Origin: an uncultured Gammaproteobacteria bacterium
GTDB lineage: Bacteria; Patescibacteriota; Microgenomatia; Levybacterales; UBA12049
Direction of reading: 5' to 3'
DNA: 64,000 nucleotides
Assembly (NCBI GenBank): GCA_964416445.1
Contig: CAYQEE010000005.1
Span: forward strand, 52,060 to 116,059
In this document: piece by piece, positions 9,750 to 19,538 of the stretch
How positions within the stretch are numbered: position 1 is the first letter of the stretch
How the letters are laid out: each line of letters begins with the position of its first letter
Program-made: the position numbers and the translations under genes
The notes under the pieces: model-generated
What the model was told of the DNA's origin: nothing
What the model saw: only the letters and a program-made list of their open reading frames with translations
Database searches by the model: none

Positions 9750-10484
9750 ATGACAAAAAAGCTTATTATGCTAACAGCATACGATTATCCAACAGCCAAG
9801 ATACTTGATGAGATTGGTATTGATTATATTCTGGTCGGTGATAGTGTGGGGATGGTAGTTTATGGTTATCCAGACACAAAATCAGTTACTATGACAGATA
9901 TGGTGAGACATGTTCAAGCTGTTGCTCGAGGAGCAAAACATACACCCATTATTGCTGACTTGCCAATCAATACCTACAATACTGTTTCTGATGCGCTACT
10001 CAATGCAAAAAAACTTATCCAAGCAGGTGCATATGCGGTTAAAGTTGAAGGAAGGAAAGACGAAATAATTCGTGCCTTACAAGCAGACAAGATACCCGTC
10101 GTTGGACATGTAGGGTTATTACCACAAACGGCTCTCCATTATAAAGTTCAAGGGAGAGATGTTCAATCTGCAGAACAGATTTATGAAGATGCAAAAGTAC
10201 TTGACGGCTTCCATATGCCAGTTCTTATCCTTGAATGTATTCCTCAGGAATTGGCAAAGAAAATCACGAGAGATATTAATACACCAACGATAGGTATTGG
10301 TGCAGGGAAATATTGTGATGGGCAAGTACTTGTGCTTCATGATGTCCTTGGCCTTTCTGATTTTCAAGGGAAATTTGTTCGGCAATATTTTGATGCAAAA
10401 AAACAATTCAAACAAGCGCTGCTTAATTTTAAACATGATGTTTTTACTGAAAAGTTTCCCGAAGAGAGAGAGAGTTTTCAATGA
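9750..10484 (+). CDS. panB: 3-methyl-2-oxobutanoate hydroxymethyltransferase (ketopantoate hydroxymethyltransferase)
   Basis: MTKKLIMLTAYDYPTAKILDEIGIDYILVGDSVGMVVYGYPDTKSVTMTDMVRH..ADLPINTY..KVEG..IPVVGHVGLLPQT is the PanB signature. The in-frame ATG at 9750 was chosen over the upstream track start. Confidence 0.85.
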   Translation: MTKKLIMLTAYDYPTAKILDEIGIDYILVGDSVGMVVYGYPDTKSVTMTDMVRHVQAVARGAKHTPIIADLPINTYNTVSDALLNAKKLIQAGAYAVKVEGRKDEIIRALQADKIPVVGHVGLLPQTALHYKVQGRDVQSAEQIYEDAKVLDGFHMPVLILECIPQELAKKITRDINTPTIGIGAGKYCDGQVLVLHDVLGLSDFQGKFVRQYFDAKKQFKQALLNFKHDVFTEKFPEERESFQ

Positions 10485-11218
10485 TAGATAGTCATCATCC
10501 ACGTGCTGAATCATTACAAATCAGAGATAAAATTGTCCACGGCGTATCATTGGGTATTACATCGCTCCATGGGCTTGTTGCACAGGGAAGAGGAGAAGCG
10601 TTTGATTATCTTATCGGAGAAAAAACACAGAGCTTTGCTCAAGAATCTCTCCGTGCTGCTTCAGCACTTCTCTTGCTTGCAGAATACCCAGTATTATCAG
10701 TGAATGGGAACACTGCTGCATTATGTGCTGCGGAATATGGAAAACTAGGAAAAGTACTTGATTGCCCAATAGAGATAAATTTATTTCATCGTACACTTGC
10801 AAGAGAAAAGGCAATTCAAACATATTTATTAGAACAAGGAGCAAATAATATTGTTGGAGTGGGAGATGATGCAAGTGAAGTAATTACGGGTATTGCGAGT
10901 CCTCGAAAGTTTGTCAGTCATTATGGCATTAAGAAAGCAGATGTTATATTTGTTCCATTGGAGGATGGAGATCGCGCTCAAGCATTAATCAATCAGAATA
11001 AAAAAGTGATTACCATTGATTTAAATCCACTATCCCGCACTGCACAGCAGGCAACCATTACTATTGTTGATAATATTGTTCGTGCGCTGCCTTTGCTCAT
11101 TTCTATAACAGAACAATTACAGAGAAGTCAGAAATCTGAATTACAAAAAATCATAGATGAATATGATAATAAAAAAATACTTTCTATTGCACTCAAACAA
11201 ATGAAAGAACAAATTTAG
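10481..11218 (+). CDS. Possible archaeal-type phosphopantothenate synthetase (COG1701/DUF137-like); otherwise hypothetical
   Basis: 245 aa. Its start overlaps the panB stop (ATGA), which suggests operon coupling. Size and position beside panB fit the archaeal PoK/PPS route to CoA. I cannot confirm family membership by motif. Confidence 0.35.
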   Translation: MIDSHHPRAESLQIRDKIVHGVSLGITSLHGLVAQGRGEAFDYLIGEKTQSFAQESLRAASALLLLAEYPVLSVNGNTAALCAAEYGKLGKVLDCPIEINLFHRTLAREKAIQTYLLEQGANNIVGVGDDASEVITGIASPRKFVSHYGIKKADVIFVPLEDGDRAQALINQNKKVITIDLNPLSRTAQQATITIVDNIVRALPLLISITEQLQRSQKSELQKIIDEYDNKKILSIALKQMKEQI

Positions 11219-11390
11219 AAAGCCTCATCAGGACTTGTTACTACCCTATAGAAACAGCCATGTAATGAGAGTTATTGGTCAAAATATGGACGGGACTTAA
11301 TGTAATCTTTCGTGTCATTTCTTAAACTCTACTAATGTATCACTGTCGGTGGTAACTTAACATGAAGCTATGTATCTAAATATCCATGAG

Positions 11391-11477
11391 CGGAGAGGGC
11401 GAGATTCGAACTCGCGAAAGGCTTGCGCCCTTAATAGTTTTCAAGACTATCGCACTAAACCACTATGCGACCTCTCC
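11391..11477 (-). tRNA. tRNA-Ser (anticodon TGA)
   Basis: Class II cloverleaf. Acceptor GGAGAGG/CCTCTCC. Anticodon stem atagt/actat with loop ctTGAaa. Long variable arm. T-loop TTCGAAT. Confidence 0.85.
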
Positions 11478-11552
11478 AAGATCCTCCTATTTTATCAAAA
11501 TCACCTTTGACATGCTAGCCAAACACCTTGAAACGCATGATATAATTAGTTT

Positions 11553-12314
11553 ATGCCCGAGCCTATTACTCCTGTTGAAGTAAAAATTGGATTCAGAAAA
11601 AAAATTACCCCAGAAATGAGGTCTGTAGAAACTCTTGATTTCGCAAAACTTGATCCAAATTCTCTTCGATATCTGTTAAAAAGAAATAAAAAGCTTGAGA
11701 AAATTAATTATAAGGTTGCTAAAGAAAGAGTGCGTTTCGATGAATATGAAGAACGAAGAAGAAAACGATTCTTACAACGGGAAGCAGGAGGGATGCCAGC
11801 TATTCGACTTCGCGATCTCTGGTATAGTTGGCGGGATAAGGCTCCTTCACATCAGGTTATGAAAAATATGCTACAGGTGGCAAAAAATAGTAGCGAATTT
11901 AAAAATAAATCGGATGAAGAAATATTAAAAGCAATATCTATTGGTAAATTACCTCCAGAGGTAAAATATGCGCGAAAAGCGCTGGGTAATAACATTGGGT
12001 ATTTAGGATCGATTCCTCAGGGACTTTATAACATTACAGAAGTTCGACAAATCTTAGATGATTATTATCCTGCTAAACGGATTGCAGATGTTATTAAACA
12101 ACGAGATGCAGAGGCAAAACTGAAAAATTCTATTCGAGTTGAAGAACTCAATAAAGAATTAAAAACATTAATTAAGCCTCAGACATCTGATCGAATGAAT
12201 GCGACAATCGCTAAATTACGTCCCGTTATTGATAATCTTGCGGTAAAAGCAGGGAATTGGCAAAAAGGAATTCCGACACAAGCGCCGGCTGTCCCTTCTC
12301 CTGTCGCACCATAA
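11553..12314 (+). CDS. Hypothetical protein, basic, Pro-rich C-terminus
   Basis: 253-aa ORF, K/R-rich, ending PTQAPAVPSPVAP. No motif. Confidence 0.4.
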   Translation: MPEPITPVEVKIGFRKKITPEMRSVETLDFAKLDPNSLRYLLKRNKKLEKINYKVAKERVRFDEYEERRRKRFLQREAGGMPAIRLRDLWYSWRDKAPSHQVMKNMLQVAKNSSEFKNKSDEEILKAISIGKLPPEVKYARKALGNNIGYLGSIPQGLYNITEVRQILDDYYPAKRIADVIKQRDAEAKLKNSIRVEELNKELKTLIKPQTSDRMNATIAKLRPVIDNLAVKAGNWQKGIPTQAPAVPSPVAP

Positions 12315-12319
12315 TTACT

Positions 12320-12877
12320 TTATTGCTTTTGTAAGTATGCGAAATATTCAGTATTGCCTCCTTTACCGCCAAGTAATGGCGACTGTATAAATCCTTTTAT
12401 TTGTACCCCCATTTTTGCAATCTCTTCTACCGTTTGCTTCGCTACTTCCTCGGCAACTTGAGGTGTTAAGACCCCTTTGATTAATAATCTTTTATCTGCT
12501 TCGTAATGTGGTTTTATCAACGTAATAATTATCCCGTACTCCTGAGTATTTCGTAAAATATTAGGAAAAATATTTTTTTGTTTTGTCCAACTGGTATCGT
12601 TGGTTAATAATGTAACTTGTTCAGGTAATGTCACGTGCATTGCGTTTGTCCTCTCTAAAACAACCACTTTCGGGTTATTTCGTAACTTCCAAGCAAGTTC
12701 TCCATACCCAGTTTCAACTGCATACACTTTTTGTGCATTATTTTGCAATAAACAATCAACAAAGCCTCCCACTGAGCTGCCAAAATCTGCACATACTTTA
12801 TCGGAGACATTTATTTTGAATGTCTCAAGGGCAAATGCTAATTTGTCTCCAGCTCTACTTGCAAATGTTTTTTGCAT
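12320..12877 (-). CDS. tlyA: TlyA/FtsJ-like rRNA 2'-O-methyltransferase (short form lacking the S4 domain)
   Basis: RAGDKLAFALETF..DFGSSVGGFVDCLLQN..VYAVETG.. is the TlyA/FtsJ SAM-binding pattern. The start was moved to the internal Met (MQKTF). Confidence 0.7.
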   Translation of the reverse strand: MQKTFASRAGDKLAFALETFKINVSDKVCADFGSSVGGFVDCLLQNNAQKVYAVETGYGELAWKLRNNPKVVVLERTNAMHVTLPEQVTLLTNDTSWTKQKNIFPNILRNTQEYGIIITLIKPHYEADKRLLIKGVLTPQVAEEVAKQTVEEIAKMGVQIKGFIQSPLLGGKGGNTEYFAYLQKQ

Positions 12878-12947
12878 GACGGTATTGTAACAAAAAAGAC
12901 AATTTTTGCCCATATTAGGTACAAGGAAAAATTGTTATTATGAAAAA

Positions 12948-14186
12948 ATGCATAAGTCATTAGTTCATCTATTGCTTGTTTTTTCCCTTCTCCTCATTAT
13001 TGGGTTCTCCGTATTTGCAAATGCACTCTCCAATAGATTTGTCTATGATGATATGGTGCAAATAGTCAGATTGTCTATGGAACATTCACTTCGTAATCTG
13101 CCTCTTTTTTTCATATCATCGATCCGCAATATAGAGAAACATGGAATTTTTTTTGATTTCTATTACAAACCGATGATGTTTGTTGACTTTTCTCTGTTAT
13201 ATGCACTGGGGAAGGGTACTGCACTTCCCTTTCATTTGTTTCAAATTGGTGTTTTTGTTTGCAATTCCTTACTTGTGTACCTGATTTTAAAGAAAATTTT
13301 TCCTTTTTCACTCGCTTTGTTCTTCTCATTACTCTTTCTTTTACATCCAATTAATGCTGATAATGCGGTTTATATAGCAAATACTCAGGATGTTTTATTT
13401 TTTTTCTTTGGTATGATAGCCCTTGTTTTTGTTATCTATTTACCTGAACGAAGAAGTACAAAAATTAATATGAGTTTCTGGTTGTTTCTTTCGCTTCTTT
13501 CTAAAGAAAGCGGCATACTATTTGCCGTGATTTTATTAGGATATATAGTCCTTTTTGAAAAACAACTTCTGAAAGATTACGTTCCTTGGTTTGTTGGCGT
13601 AGGGGGTGTGTATGGAGTATTACGCATTGTTGCTTCACAATTTTATTTTATCTCTATGATTACGCCACTTGTTGCAAAAACGACGTTATCACAACGGTTA
13701 ATTTTTATTCCGCGTAGTCTCGTGTTTTATTTACAACGTTTTGTTCTTCCGAATGATTCAATCTCACAGTCCAGTAAAATACTGCCACATTTTTCTTATT
13801 TCTTTTCCTCTCTCGGTATTCTCGTTCTCTTTCTGGGGGCTGCTCTATATTTGGGAAAATATCTAATGCAAAATCGAGGCGACAAAGATATTCGTTGGTA
13901 TGGTTTCTTCTGTCTATGGTTGTCAGTTGGGTTAGTATTTCATCTTCAACTATTTCCCTTTGATGATTTTGTACAAGATCGATGGTTTTATTTTCCTTTT
14001 GTTGGGCTTGTGGGAATACTTGGATTTGGTATTGTACAGATTCGTTGGCGTGCAACGTTAGTAAAAATTGTAGGGGTAAGTATTGCTCTCGTTATTCTTA
14101 TTTTTTGCGCTCAGAAAACTGTGCAAAAAAGTTCATATTATCGAAGTCCTGCTTCTATCACTGCGCATCGAAGCATTTTTTACTAA
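12948..14186 (+). CDS. GT-C-type integral membrane glycosyltransferase-like protein
   Basis: At least 10 hydrophobic helices. A DD motif (RFVYDDMVQI) sits in the first extracytoplasmic loop after TM1, as in ArnT/PMT/PglB-type GT-C enzymes. The exact start is ambiguous (12906 or 12948). Confidence 0.45.
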   Translation: MHKSLVHLLLVFSLLLIIGFSVFANALSNRFVYDDMVQIVRLSMEHSLRNLPLFFISSIRNIEKHGIFFDFYYKPMMFVDFSLLYALGKGTALPFHLFQIGVFVCNSLLVYLILKKIFPFSLALFFSLLFLLHPINADNAVYIANTQDVLFFFFGMIALVFVIYLPERRSTKINMSFWLFLSLLSKESGILFAVILLGYIVLFEKQLLKDYVPWFVGVGGVYGVLRIVASQFYFISMITPLVAKTTLSQRLIFIPRSLVFYLQRFVLPNDSISQSSKILPHFSYFFSSLGILVLFLGAALYLGKYLMQNRGDKDIRWYGFFCLWLSVGLVFHLQLFPFDDFVQDRWFYFPFVGLVGILGFGIVQIRWRATLVKIVGVSIALVILIFCAQKTVQKSSYYRSPASITAHRSIFY

Positions 14187-14834
14187 ATTAACAAAATATT
14201 CATGAAAACGAGTATCACTGGTCAATTCAGGATGAAATGCTGTTGCAATCATAGTCTTTTGTTTTGCAGCAACGATTGTTCCATCAGAAAGCGTGGCCAA
14301 TATTTCGGTATCTGAAGAGACACTCATAATAAGAGGAGCGCGAATAAATGTGGCATGCAATGGTTTTTTCCCTAACACATGAATTTCAAGACCTGTCTCA
14401 AAGCTTGCTATCTGTCTTCCAAACGCATTTCTATTTACCGTAATGTCCATAACGCCTAGAGGAACTGGTTTATTTTGGATTAATTTTTTTGCAAGTAAAA
14501 TCATTCCTGCGCATGTTCCCCATACAGGCATACCCTTTTCAATTCTTTTTTTCAAAGGTTCTCTAAGATTAAAGACGTCAAGTAAACGAGCCATGGTAGT
14601 ACTTTCTCCTCCCGGCAAAATAATTGCATCAAGAGTATTGAGGTCTTCGGATAAACGTACTTCTTTTGTTTGTATACCTATTCGTGAGAGCGTTTGGATA
14701 TGCTCAAGAAAGTCTCCTTGGAGAGAAAGCACACCGATAATAATGTCTGATTGTTTCTTCAGAGAATTCTGATTCTTTGCTAATTCCCACGAAATGGGTG
14801 GAGGTGCAGAGACATATTTCATATAGATTACCAA
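14133..14834 (-). CDS. pdxT: Pyridoxal 5'-phosphate synthase glutaminase subunit
   Basis: [41 protein letters not shown] is the class I glutamine amidotransferase PdxT signature. It overlaps the pdxS stop by 7 nt. The N-terminal extension in the track ORF may not be real. Confidence 0.85.
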   Translation of the reverse strand: MVIYMKYVSAPPPISWELAKNQNSLKKQSDIIIGVLSLQGDFLEHIQTLSRIGIQTKEVRLSEDLNTLDAIILPGGESTTMARLLDVFNLREPLKKRIEKGMPVWGTCAGMILLAKKLIQNKPVPLGVMDITVNRNAFGRQIASFETGLEIHVLGKKPLHATFIRAPLIMSVSSDTEILATLSDGTIVAAKQKTMIATAFHPELTSDTRFHEYFVNLVKNASMRSDRSRTSII

Positions 14835-15739
14835 CCTCTCGTTGCTAGCAGTTTATCAGGAGTAAGTGTTCGAATGTCGATACTTTGCATTGCTTCACCA
14901 AGACCTTTAGACACTTCCGCGATTATTTCTGGATTCTTATAATGTGTAACTGCTGAAACGATTGCTTTTGCTCGTTTTTCTGGATTGCTTGATTTGTAAA
15001 TGCCAGAACCAACGAAGACACCATCGCTTCCAAGTTGCATCATTAGCGCTGCGTCAGCAGGTGTCGCAATGCCTCCTGCAGCAAAATTGACTACAGGTAA
15101 ACGGCCTAATTTCTTCACTTCGGAAACTAATTCTTCTGATACTCGCATATCCTTTGCTATTTGATGTAATTGTGTTGCGTTCATTTTTTGTAATGCAGCA
15201 ATTTCTTTTGTTACTGCTCGTTGATGTCTTACTGCTTCTACGACATTTCCCGTTCCAGCCTCTCCTTTAGTGCGAATCATTGCTGCGCCTTCTTGAATAC
15301 GCCGAAGAGCTTCTCCAAGATTTCGACAACCGCAAACGAAAGGTACTTTAAAGTTATGCTTTGCTACATGGTTTTCTTCATCAGCTGGGGTTAACACTTC
15401 AGATTCATCAATATAATCAATTCCCATCGACTCGAGAACTTGTGCTTCGACAAAGTGGCCAATTCGGCACTTTGCCATAACGGGAATACTGACTGCATCC
15501 ATAATTCTTTGAATCATTTCAGGATCAGACATTCTGGCGACACCGCCAGCTGCACGGATATCGGAAGGTACCCGTTCGAGGGCCATAACTGCACAAGCAC
15601 CGGCTTCTTCTGCAATTTTTGCTTGATCAGCAGTTACGACATCCATAATAACTCCACCTTTAAGCATTTGTGCTAAGCCTACTTTGACTTCCCACGTAGC
15701 GCGTACTTCAGTATGGTTAGTTTGTTGTGCCATATCCAT
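14828..15739 (-). CDS. pdxS: Pyridoxal 5'-phosphate synthase lyase subunit
   Basis: [68 protein letters not shown] is a near-canonical PdxS/SNZ sequence. Confidence 0.9.
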   Translation of the reverse strand: MDMAQQTNHTEVRATWEVKVGLAQMLKGGVIMDVVTADQAKIAEEAGACAVMALERVPSDIRAAGGVARMSDPEMIQRIMDAVSIPVMAKCRIGHFVEAQVLESMGIDYIDESEVLTPADEENHVAKHNFKVPFVCGCRNLGEALRRIQEGAAMIRTKGEAGTGNVVEAVRHQRAVTKEIAALQKMNATQLHQIAKDMRVSEELVSEVKKLGRLPVVNFAAGGIATPADAALMMQLGSDGVFVGSGIYKSSNPEKRAKAIVSAVTHYKNPEIIAEVSKGLGEAMQSIDIRTLTPDKLLATRGW

Positions 15740-15797
15740 TTTCTAACATAGGCATTATACAATTTTTTGAGTGAAAAGAAAATGTTGTATGGTTGAT

Positions 15798-16502
15798 TTA
15801 TCGAGCGAGGAGAGCTCTCCTAATTCCTGTGCTTACATATTGCATGTAATGTGAACCCGTGAATCGATTACGAACACTTCTCTCAATAGGTGTATTTGCA
15901 CGCGATCTATGAGAAATTATGGGAATACTTCCTCGTGCTGTATAGTGATCTTCAAGCAGATTCGTTAGTAAAAGATTCATTTTTCCTCTCGTTAAGTGAT
16001 TAATTGTTTCTTGAACTGATTCTTTCGATTCTTCGTGAGGTTGGTCTGTCTCGTAACCAAGTATTCCCGCGAGACTAACGCCGATTGTTCTTTGTGCTGG
16101 TTTTATCTGCAAAGAATAAAATCCTCCCAAACGAGATATTCCATCATGGCCTATATTGCAGGATAACCCACTTTCCACATACAAACCTTCATCAACGACT
16201 GAGATAGTAACTCGATCAGGATGTGTCGGAATAGGTGTGCTATATTCTATCCATTCCTGTTCTCGTCTATATACTTGATCAGGAAAGATTTGTTGATCTT
16301 CTTCTGTCGTTAAACTAGGAGCTTGATTGCTTCGAAATGAGAGCAGAATATGAGCTTGTTCTGAAGTTAAAACAAGAAACCGTTCGACTTCTCCAAAGCC
16401 TCTCTGATTGTTTTTATGCAGAATGGTAAATGCACCCTCAAACATTAATGCTTGCCTTATGGCGCTCTCATCAAGTAATGATACATTTTTTTCTCGTTCC
16501 AT
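15798..16502 (-). CDS. Hypothetical protein
   Basis: About 234 aa from the internal Met (MEREKN). Soluble. No motif recognised (NIGHDGISRLGGFY is unassigned). Confidence 0.4.
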   Translation of the reverse strand: MEREKNVSLLDESAIRQALMFEGAFTILHKNNQRGFGEVERFLVLTSEQAHILLSFRSNQAPSLTTEEDQQIFPDQVYRREQEWIEYSTPIPTHPDRVTISVVDEGLYVESGLSCNIGHDGISRLGGFYSLQIKPAQRTIGVSLAGILGYETDQPHEESKESVQETINHLTRGKMNLLLTNLLEDHYTARGSIPIISHRSRANTPIERSVRNRFTGSHYMQYVSTGIRRALLAR

Positions 16503-16570
16503 GAGGCAAGTATAGCACAAGAATATCACCTGTTTTAAACATAGAAGTGAACAAAGAGAAGAATTCTGTG

Positions 16571-16660
16571 CGGAGGAGACAGGATTCGAACCTGCGTGAG
16601 TCGGTTTAAAGACTCAGGAATTTAGCAAACTCCAGCAATGGGCCACTATGCGACTCCTCC
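16571..16660 (-). tRNA. tRNA-Ser (anticodon GCT)
   Basis: Class II cloverleaf. Acceptor GGAGGAG/CTCCTCC. Anticodon stem ggagt/attcc with loop ttGCTaa. Long variable arm. T-loop TTCGAAT. Confidence 0.85.
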
Positions 16661-16730
16661 AAGTTTTTTGAGTATACCATAGAGAAAATGTAAACTAAAG
16701 CTAAGGGGGGTCGTTATTGTTAGGTGTTTT

Positions 16731-17270
16731 CTATCTTCTGTTGGGAAAAGGGTTTTGAAATGAAAAGCCCGTCCATCGTTGTTGCCCATACTGCATAAGT
16801 TTTCCTAAATATTCGGGTAAAAGCATAGGATACGATGGATCACTAATACCCGCGTGTTCAAGCAATAATCTTCTCTTATCAGTGATAGCTCCTGAATGTA
16901 CAATTGCATAGTCAGCATTAATACTACTTTTCAGTTCCATAACTTTTAATACTGAAGTTATGGTTGTAAGTGTTCCAATTCCTTGTTGTTGTACTGGGTA
17001 GCCATTGAGGGGGTAAAAGCTATACCATCGCAATAATTTATCCTTATCATATACATCAATTTCTCCTTTACCTAACGCTATCGCATCAAAGAAATAGTAA
17101 AGAGTAGCTCTTTGAAAGTCGGACTGCCCATACGTGGGTTCAAAGGTGCCTGTTGTAACAATTCTTCGTTGTAATTCGTCTTTCGGTATGTTTTTTATTT
17201 CATTTATCAAGGCATCTCTCTTTTCTAGCTCTTCAGGTCTCATATCATTGATGGATAACAAGTATATCAA
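16731..17270 (-). CDS. Hypothetical protein
   Basis: 179-aa ORF, no motif. Confidence 0.4.
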   Translation of the reverse strand: MIYLLSINDMRPEELEKRDALINEIKNIPKDELQRRIVTTGTFEPTYGQSDFQRATLYYFFDAIALGKGEIDVYDKDKLLRWYSFYPLNGYPVQQQGIGTLTTITSVLKVMELKSSINADYAIVHSGAITDKRRLLLEHAGISDPSYPMLLPEYLGKLMQYGQQRWTGFSFQNPFPNRR

Positions 17271-17333
17271 ATATTGTCAAAACGGAGATTCTAAAGATTA
17301 ACAAAAATAACCCTGAAAAAATCAGTTGAATTG

Positions 17334-17782
17334 TGGAGATGTCCGGCAATGAACCGGAGTCCAAGAAATTATTTGGAAACGTCTACAAGCATAGTTGATT
17401 TATTAATGTCGCTCTTTATAATTCCAGTCAACAGGATATAAAAAGCCTAAGGTTTATTAAAATAGCATAAGAAGCTAAACCAATTTTTCTTATGTTTTCT
17501 CAACTGGTTTATGCTCATATACTTTGTTGAGAAGTTAGGTATATGAACAGGACATCAATTAATGTAATTAATTGATATAAGCGGAAGCAAAAGATTGCTT
17601 TCGCATTGCAAAAGCACCTGCTACTAACATTCCTGCCTCAGAAAGAGGAAGGGCTGTTTTCTCAGCTGCTTTTCGCACCATGCCGAAATAATCAGCATTT
17701 AGTGTTTGATTTGTTTTACGACTACTATCAAAGTCGGCTTGCCGTTTATCAAAGTGCTCTCTTGTCGAATCAGTTCATCCCC
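17334..17782 (-). ncRNA. ssrA: tmRNA (ssrA)
   Basis: On the minus strand, immediately 3' of smpB. The 5' end GGGGATGAACTGATTCGACAAG matches the conserved tmRNA start (E. coli GGGGCUGAUUCUGGAUUCGACGGG). The 3' end is ..GGACTCCGGTTCATTGCCGGACATCTCC-A. That gives a T-arm (tccgg/ccgga with a 7-nt TTCAUUG loop) and a 7-bp acceptor stem pairing with the 5' end through a G3-U70 wobble, the alanine identity pair. The tag ORF was not resolved with confidence. One candidate is UAGUC-GUA AAA CAA AUC AAA CAC UAA. Confidence 0.8.
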
Positions 17783-18209
17783 ATGTTTCTTCATCGACTT
17801 GTCTCTGTAAATCCCTCTGCTTGATCGCTTCTTTCTTCTGGTACTGTTTTTTACCTTTGGCGAGGGCGAGTTCAAGCTTAATGAGGTTGTTATGAGTATA
17901 TAATGAAATAGGCACGATTGTCAAGTTTTGGCCATCAATTTTGGACTTTAATGCAATAATTTCTTTCTTGTGAAGGAGGAGCTTTCTCGTCCGTCGTTCA
18001 TCATACGCTTCTGGACGAGCATACTGATAAGGGTAAATCTTCGCGTTAATTAAATATGCCTCGCTCCCGACGATTCGAACATGACTACCATTAATATCAA
18101 CATTGCCCTGTTTCACTGCCTTAACTTCTGCTCCAAGTAAATTAATACCAGCTTCGAAATGTTCGAAGATTTGGTAATCATGATATGCTTGTTTATTCGG
18201 TATTTTCAT
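17775..18209 (-). CDS. smpB: SsrA-binding protein
   Basis: KQAYHDYQIFEHFEAGINLLGAEVKAVKQGNVDINGSHV..EAYLINAKIYPYQ..RKLLLHKKEI is the SmpB signature. The start was taken at the internal MKIPNK. Its last codons overlap the tmRNA 5' end. Confidence 0.85.
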   Translation of the reverse strand: MKIPNKQAYHDYQIFEHFEAGINLLGAEVKAVKQGNVDINGSHVRIVGSEAYLINAKIYPYQYARPEAYDERRTRKLLLHKKEIIALKSKIDGQNLTIVPISLYTHNNLIKLELALAKGKKQYQKKEAIKQRDLQRQVDEETWG

Positions 18210-18299
18210 GCAATTATGATACTCCAATAGAAGTGAATTGTCATGGGTGAAATTATATAGCTCTTTTTCCTACTAGTTCTTTATATTACACTACAAGAT

Positions 18300-19532
18300 A
18301 TGGGGAAACATGCGACAGAATATATCTTTATTGTCCTTTGTCTAGTGTATGGTATTTTCTCTATTGTTGTAACACAACATATTTTAGAAACGAGCTCAAC
18401 TCCTTATTACAATTTTCTCATTGATGCTTTTTTTCATAGGCGAGTTAATGTTATTCTCCCTATCCATTATGATTTGTCTTCATATCATGGGAAATGGTAT
18501 TTGAATTGGGCTCCTGCACCTATATTATTTATCCTTCCTTTTTACTTTATTAGTGGAAAGTATACAAGTGATATTGTTTATACGCTTATCGCTGGAATGC
18601 TAAATTTTTTTTTATTTTACCTCTTCCTTACACAATGCGTAAGATATTTCTCTTTAAAGATATCAACCTTTTCAAAATTATTTATTCTTATCGGGTTTGC
18701 AATTTGTTCACCTAATTTTTATTTATCACTTTCAGGACAAATATGGTCAACGGAGCAAATTATCGGTGTTATGTATTTGTTACTTGCTTATACACTTTTT
18801 TTCTATTTTTTACAGATAAAGAGCGTTTTTGCCTATCTACTGGCGATTATATTTTTCTCTTTTGCATGGTTATCTCGGTATACCATTTTTTTAAGTTTTT
18901 TTGTCTTTCTTTATCCTTTTTTCCTCTATAAAAACTATACAAAGCGACAATTATTCGTATTAGGAGGTATATTGGGAGGAGTAACAATACTGAGCGTTCT
19001 TTTTTTATTTGATTATAATTATATAAAGTTTGGGAATATCTTTGAAACAGGATTGCGTTATCATATTGCTGCTAAGCGATATGATTCTGTCGTAAAAAGT
19101 GGAAAATTCTTTTCAATCAATTATTTGCCCGGAAATTTCTTTACCTATTTTTTAGATTTTGTTACTTTATCACCGAGATTACCATTTTTGCGTATACATT
19201 CAGAAGGGAATAGCATCATGTCACTTTATCCTTCCTGGGTATTTCTTCTTTATCTTGGGAAAACAGCGAGGAATCTCTCGAACAAAATTATAATATTTTT
19301 GATGCTTGCCAGTTTACCTATTGTATTGACGTTAGGGGTATTACTTTGTTATTTTGCATCAGGATGGCAGCAATTTGGAGTGCGGTATGTGCTTGACATC
19401 GCTCCGCTTGCATATCTCTTACTGTTATTTGTTATCGAGCGCATTCCAAGGAGATTACTTATGTATATACTTATCTATGAACTTATTATTAATTTTTATG
19501 GAATTATTGTTTATTTTTACTTCCATACGTAA
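18300..19532 (+). CDS. Polytopic membrane protein (GT-C-like or unknown)
   Basis: 410 aa, 11 or more hydrophobic helices, F/Y/L-rich. No soluble domain. Confidence 0.45.
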   Translation: MGKHATEYIFIVLCLVYGIFSIVVTQHILETSSTPYYNFLIDAFFHRRVNVILPIHYDLSSYHGKWYLNWAPAPILFILPFYFISGKYTSDIVYTLIAGMLNFFLFYLFLTQCVRYFSLKISTFSKLFILIGFAICSPNFYLSLSGQIWSTEQIIGVMYLLLAYTLFFYFLQIKSVFAYLLAIIFFSFAWLSRYTIFLSFFVFLYPFFLYKNYTKRQLFVLGGILGGVTILSVLFLFDYNYIKFGNIFETGLRYHIAAKRYDSVVKSGKFFSINYLPGNFFTYFLDFVTLSPRLPFLRIHSEGNSIMSLYPSWVFLLYLGKTARNLSNKIIIFLMLASLPIVLTLGVLLCYFASGWQQFGVRYVLDIAPLAYLLLLFVIERIPRRLLMYILIYELIINFYGIIVYFYFHT

Positions 19533-19538
19533 CGATTT

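Noticed and set aside
17606-17824. 72-aa plus-strand ORF
   Set aside because: It lies entirely within the minus-strand tmRNA gene and the smpB 3' end.
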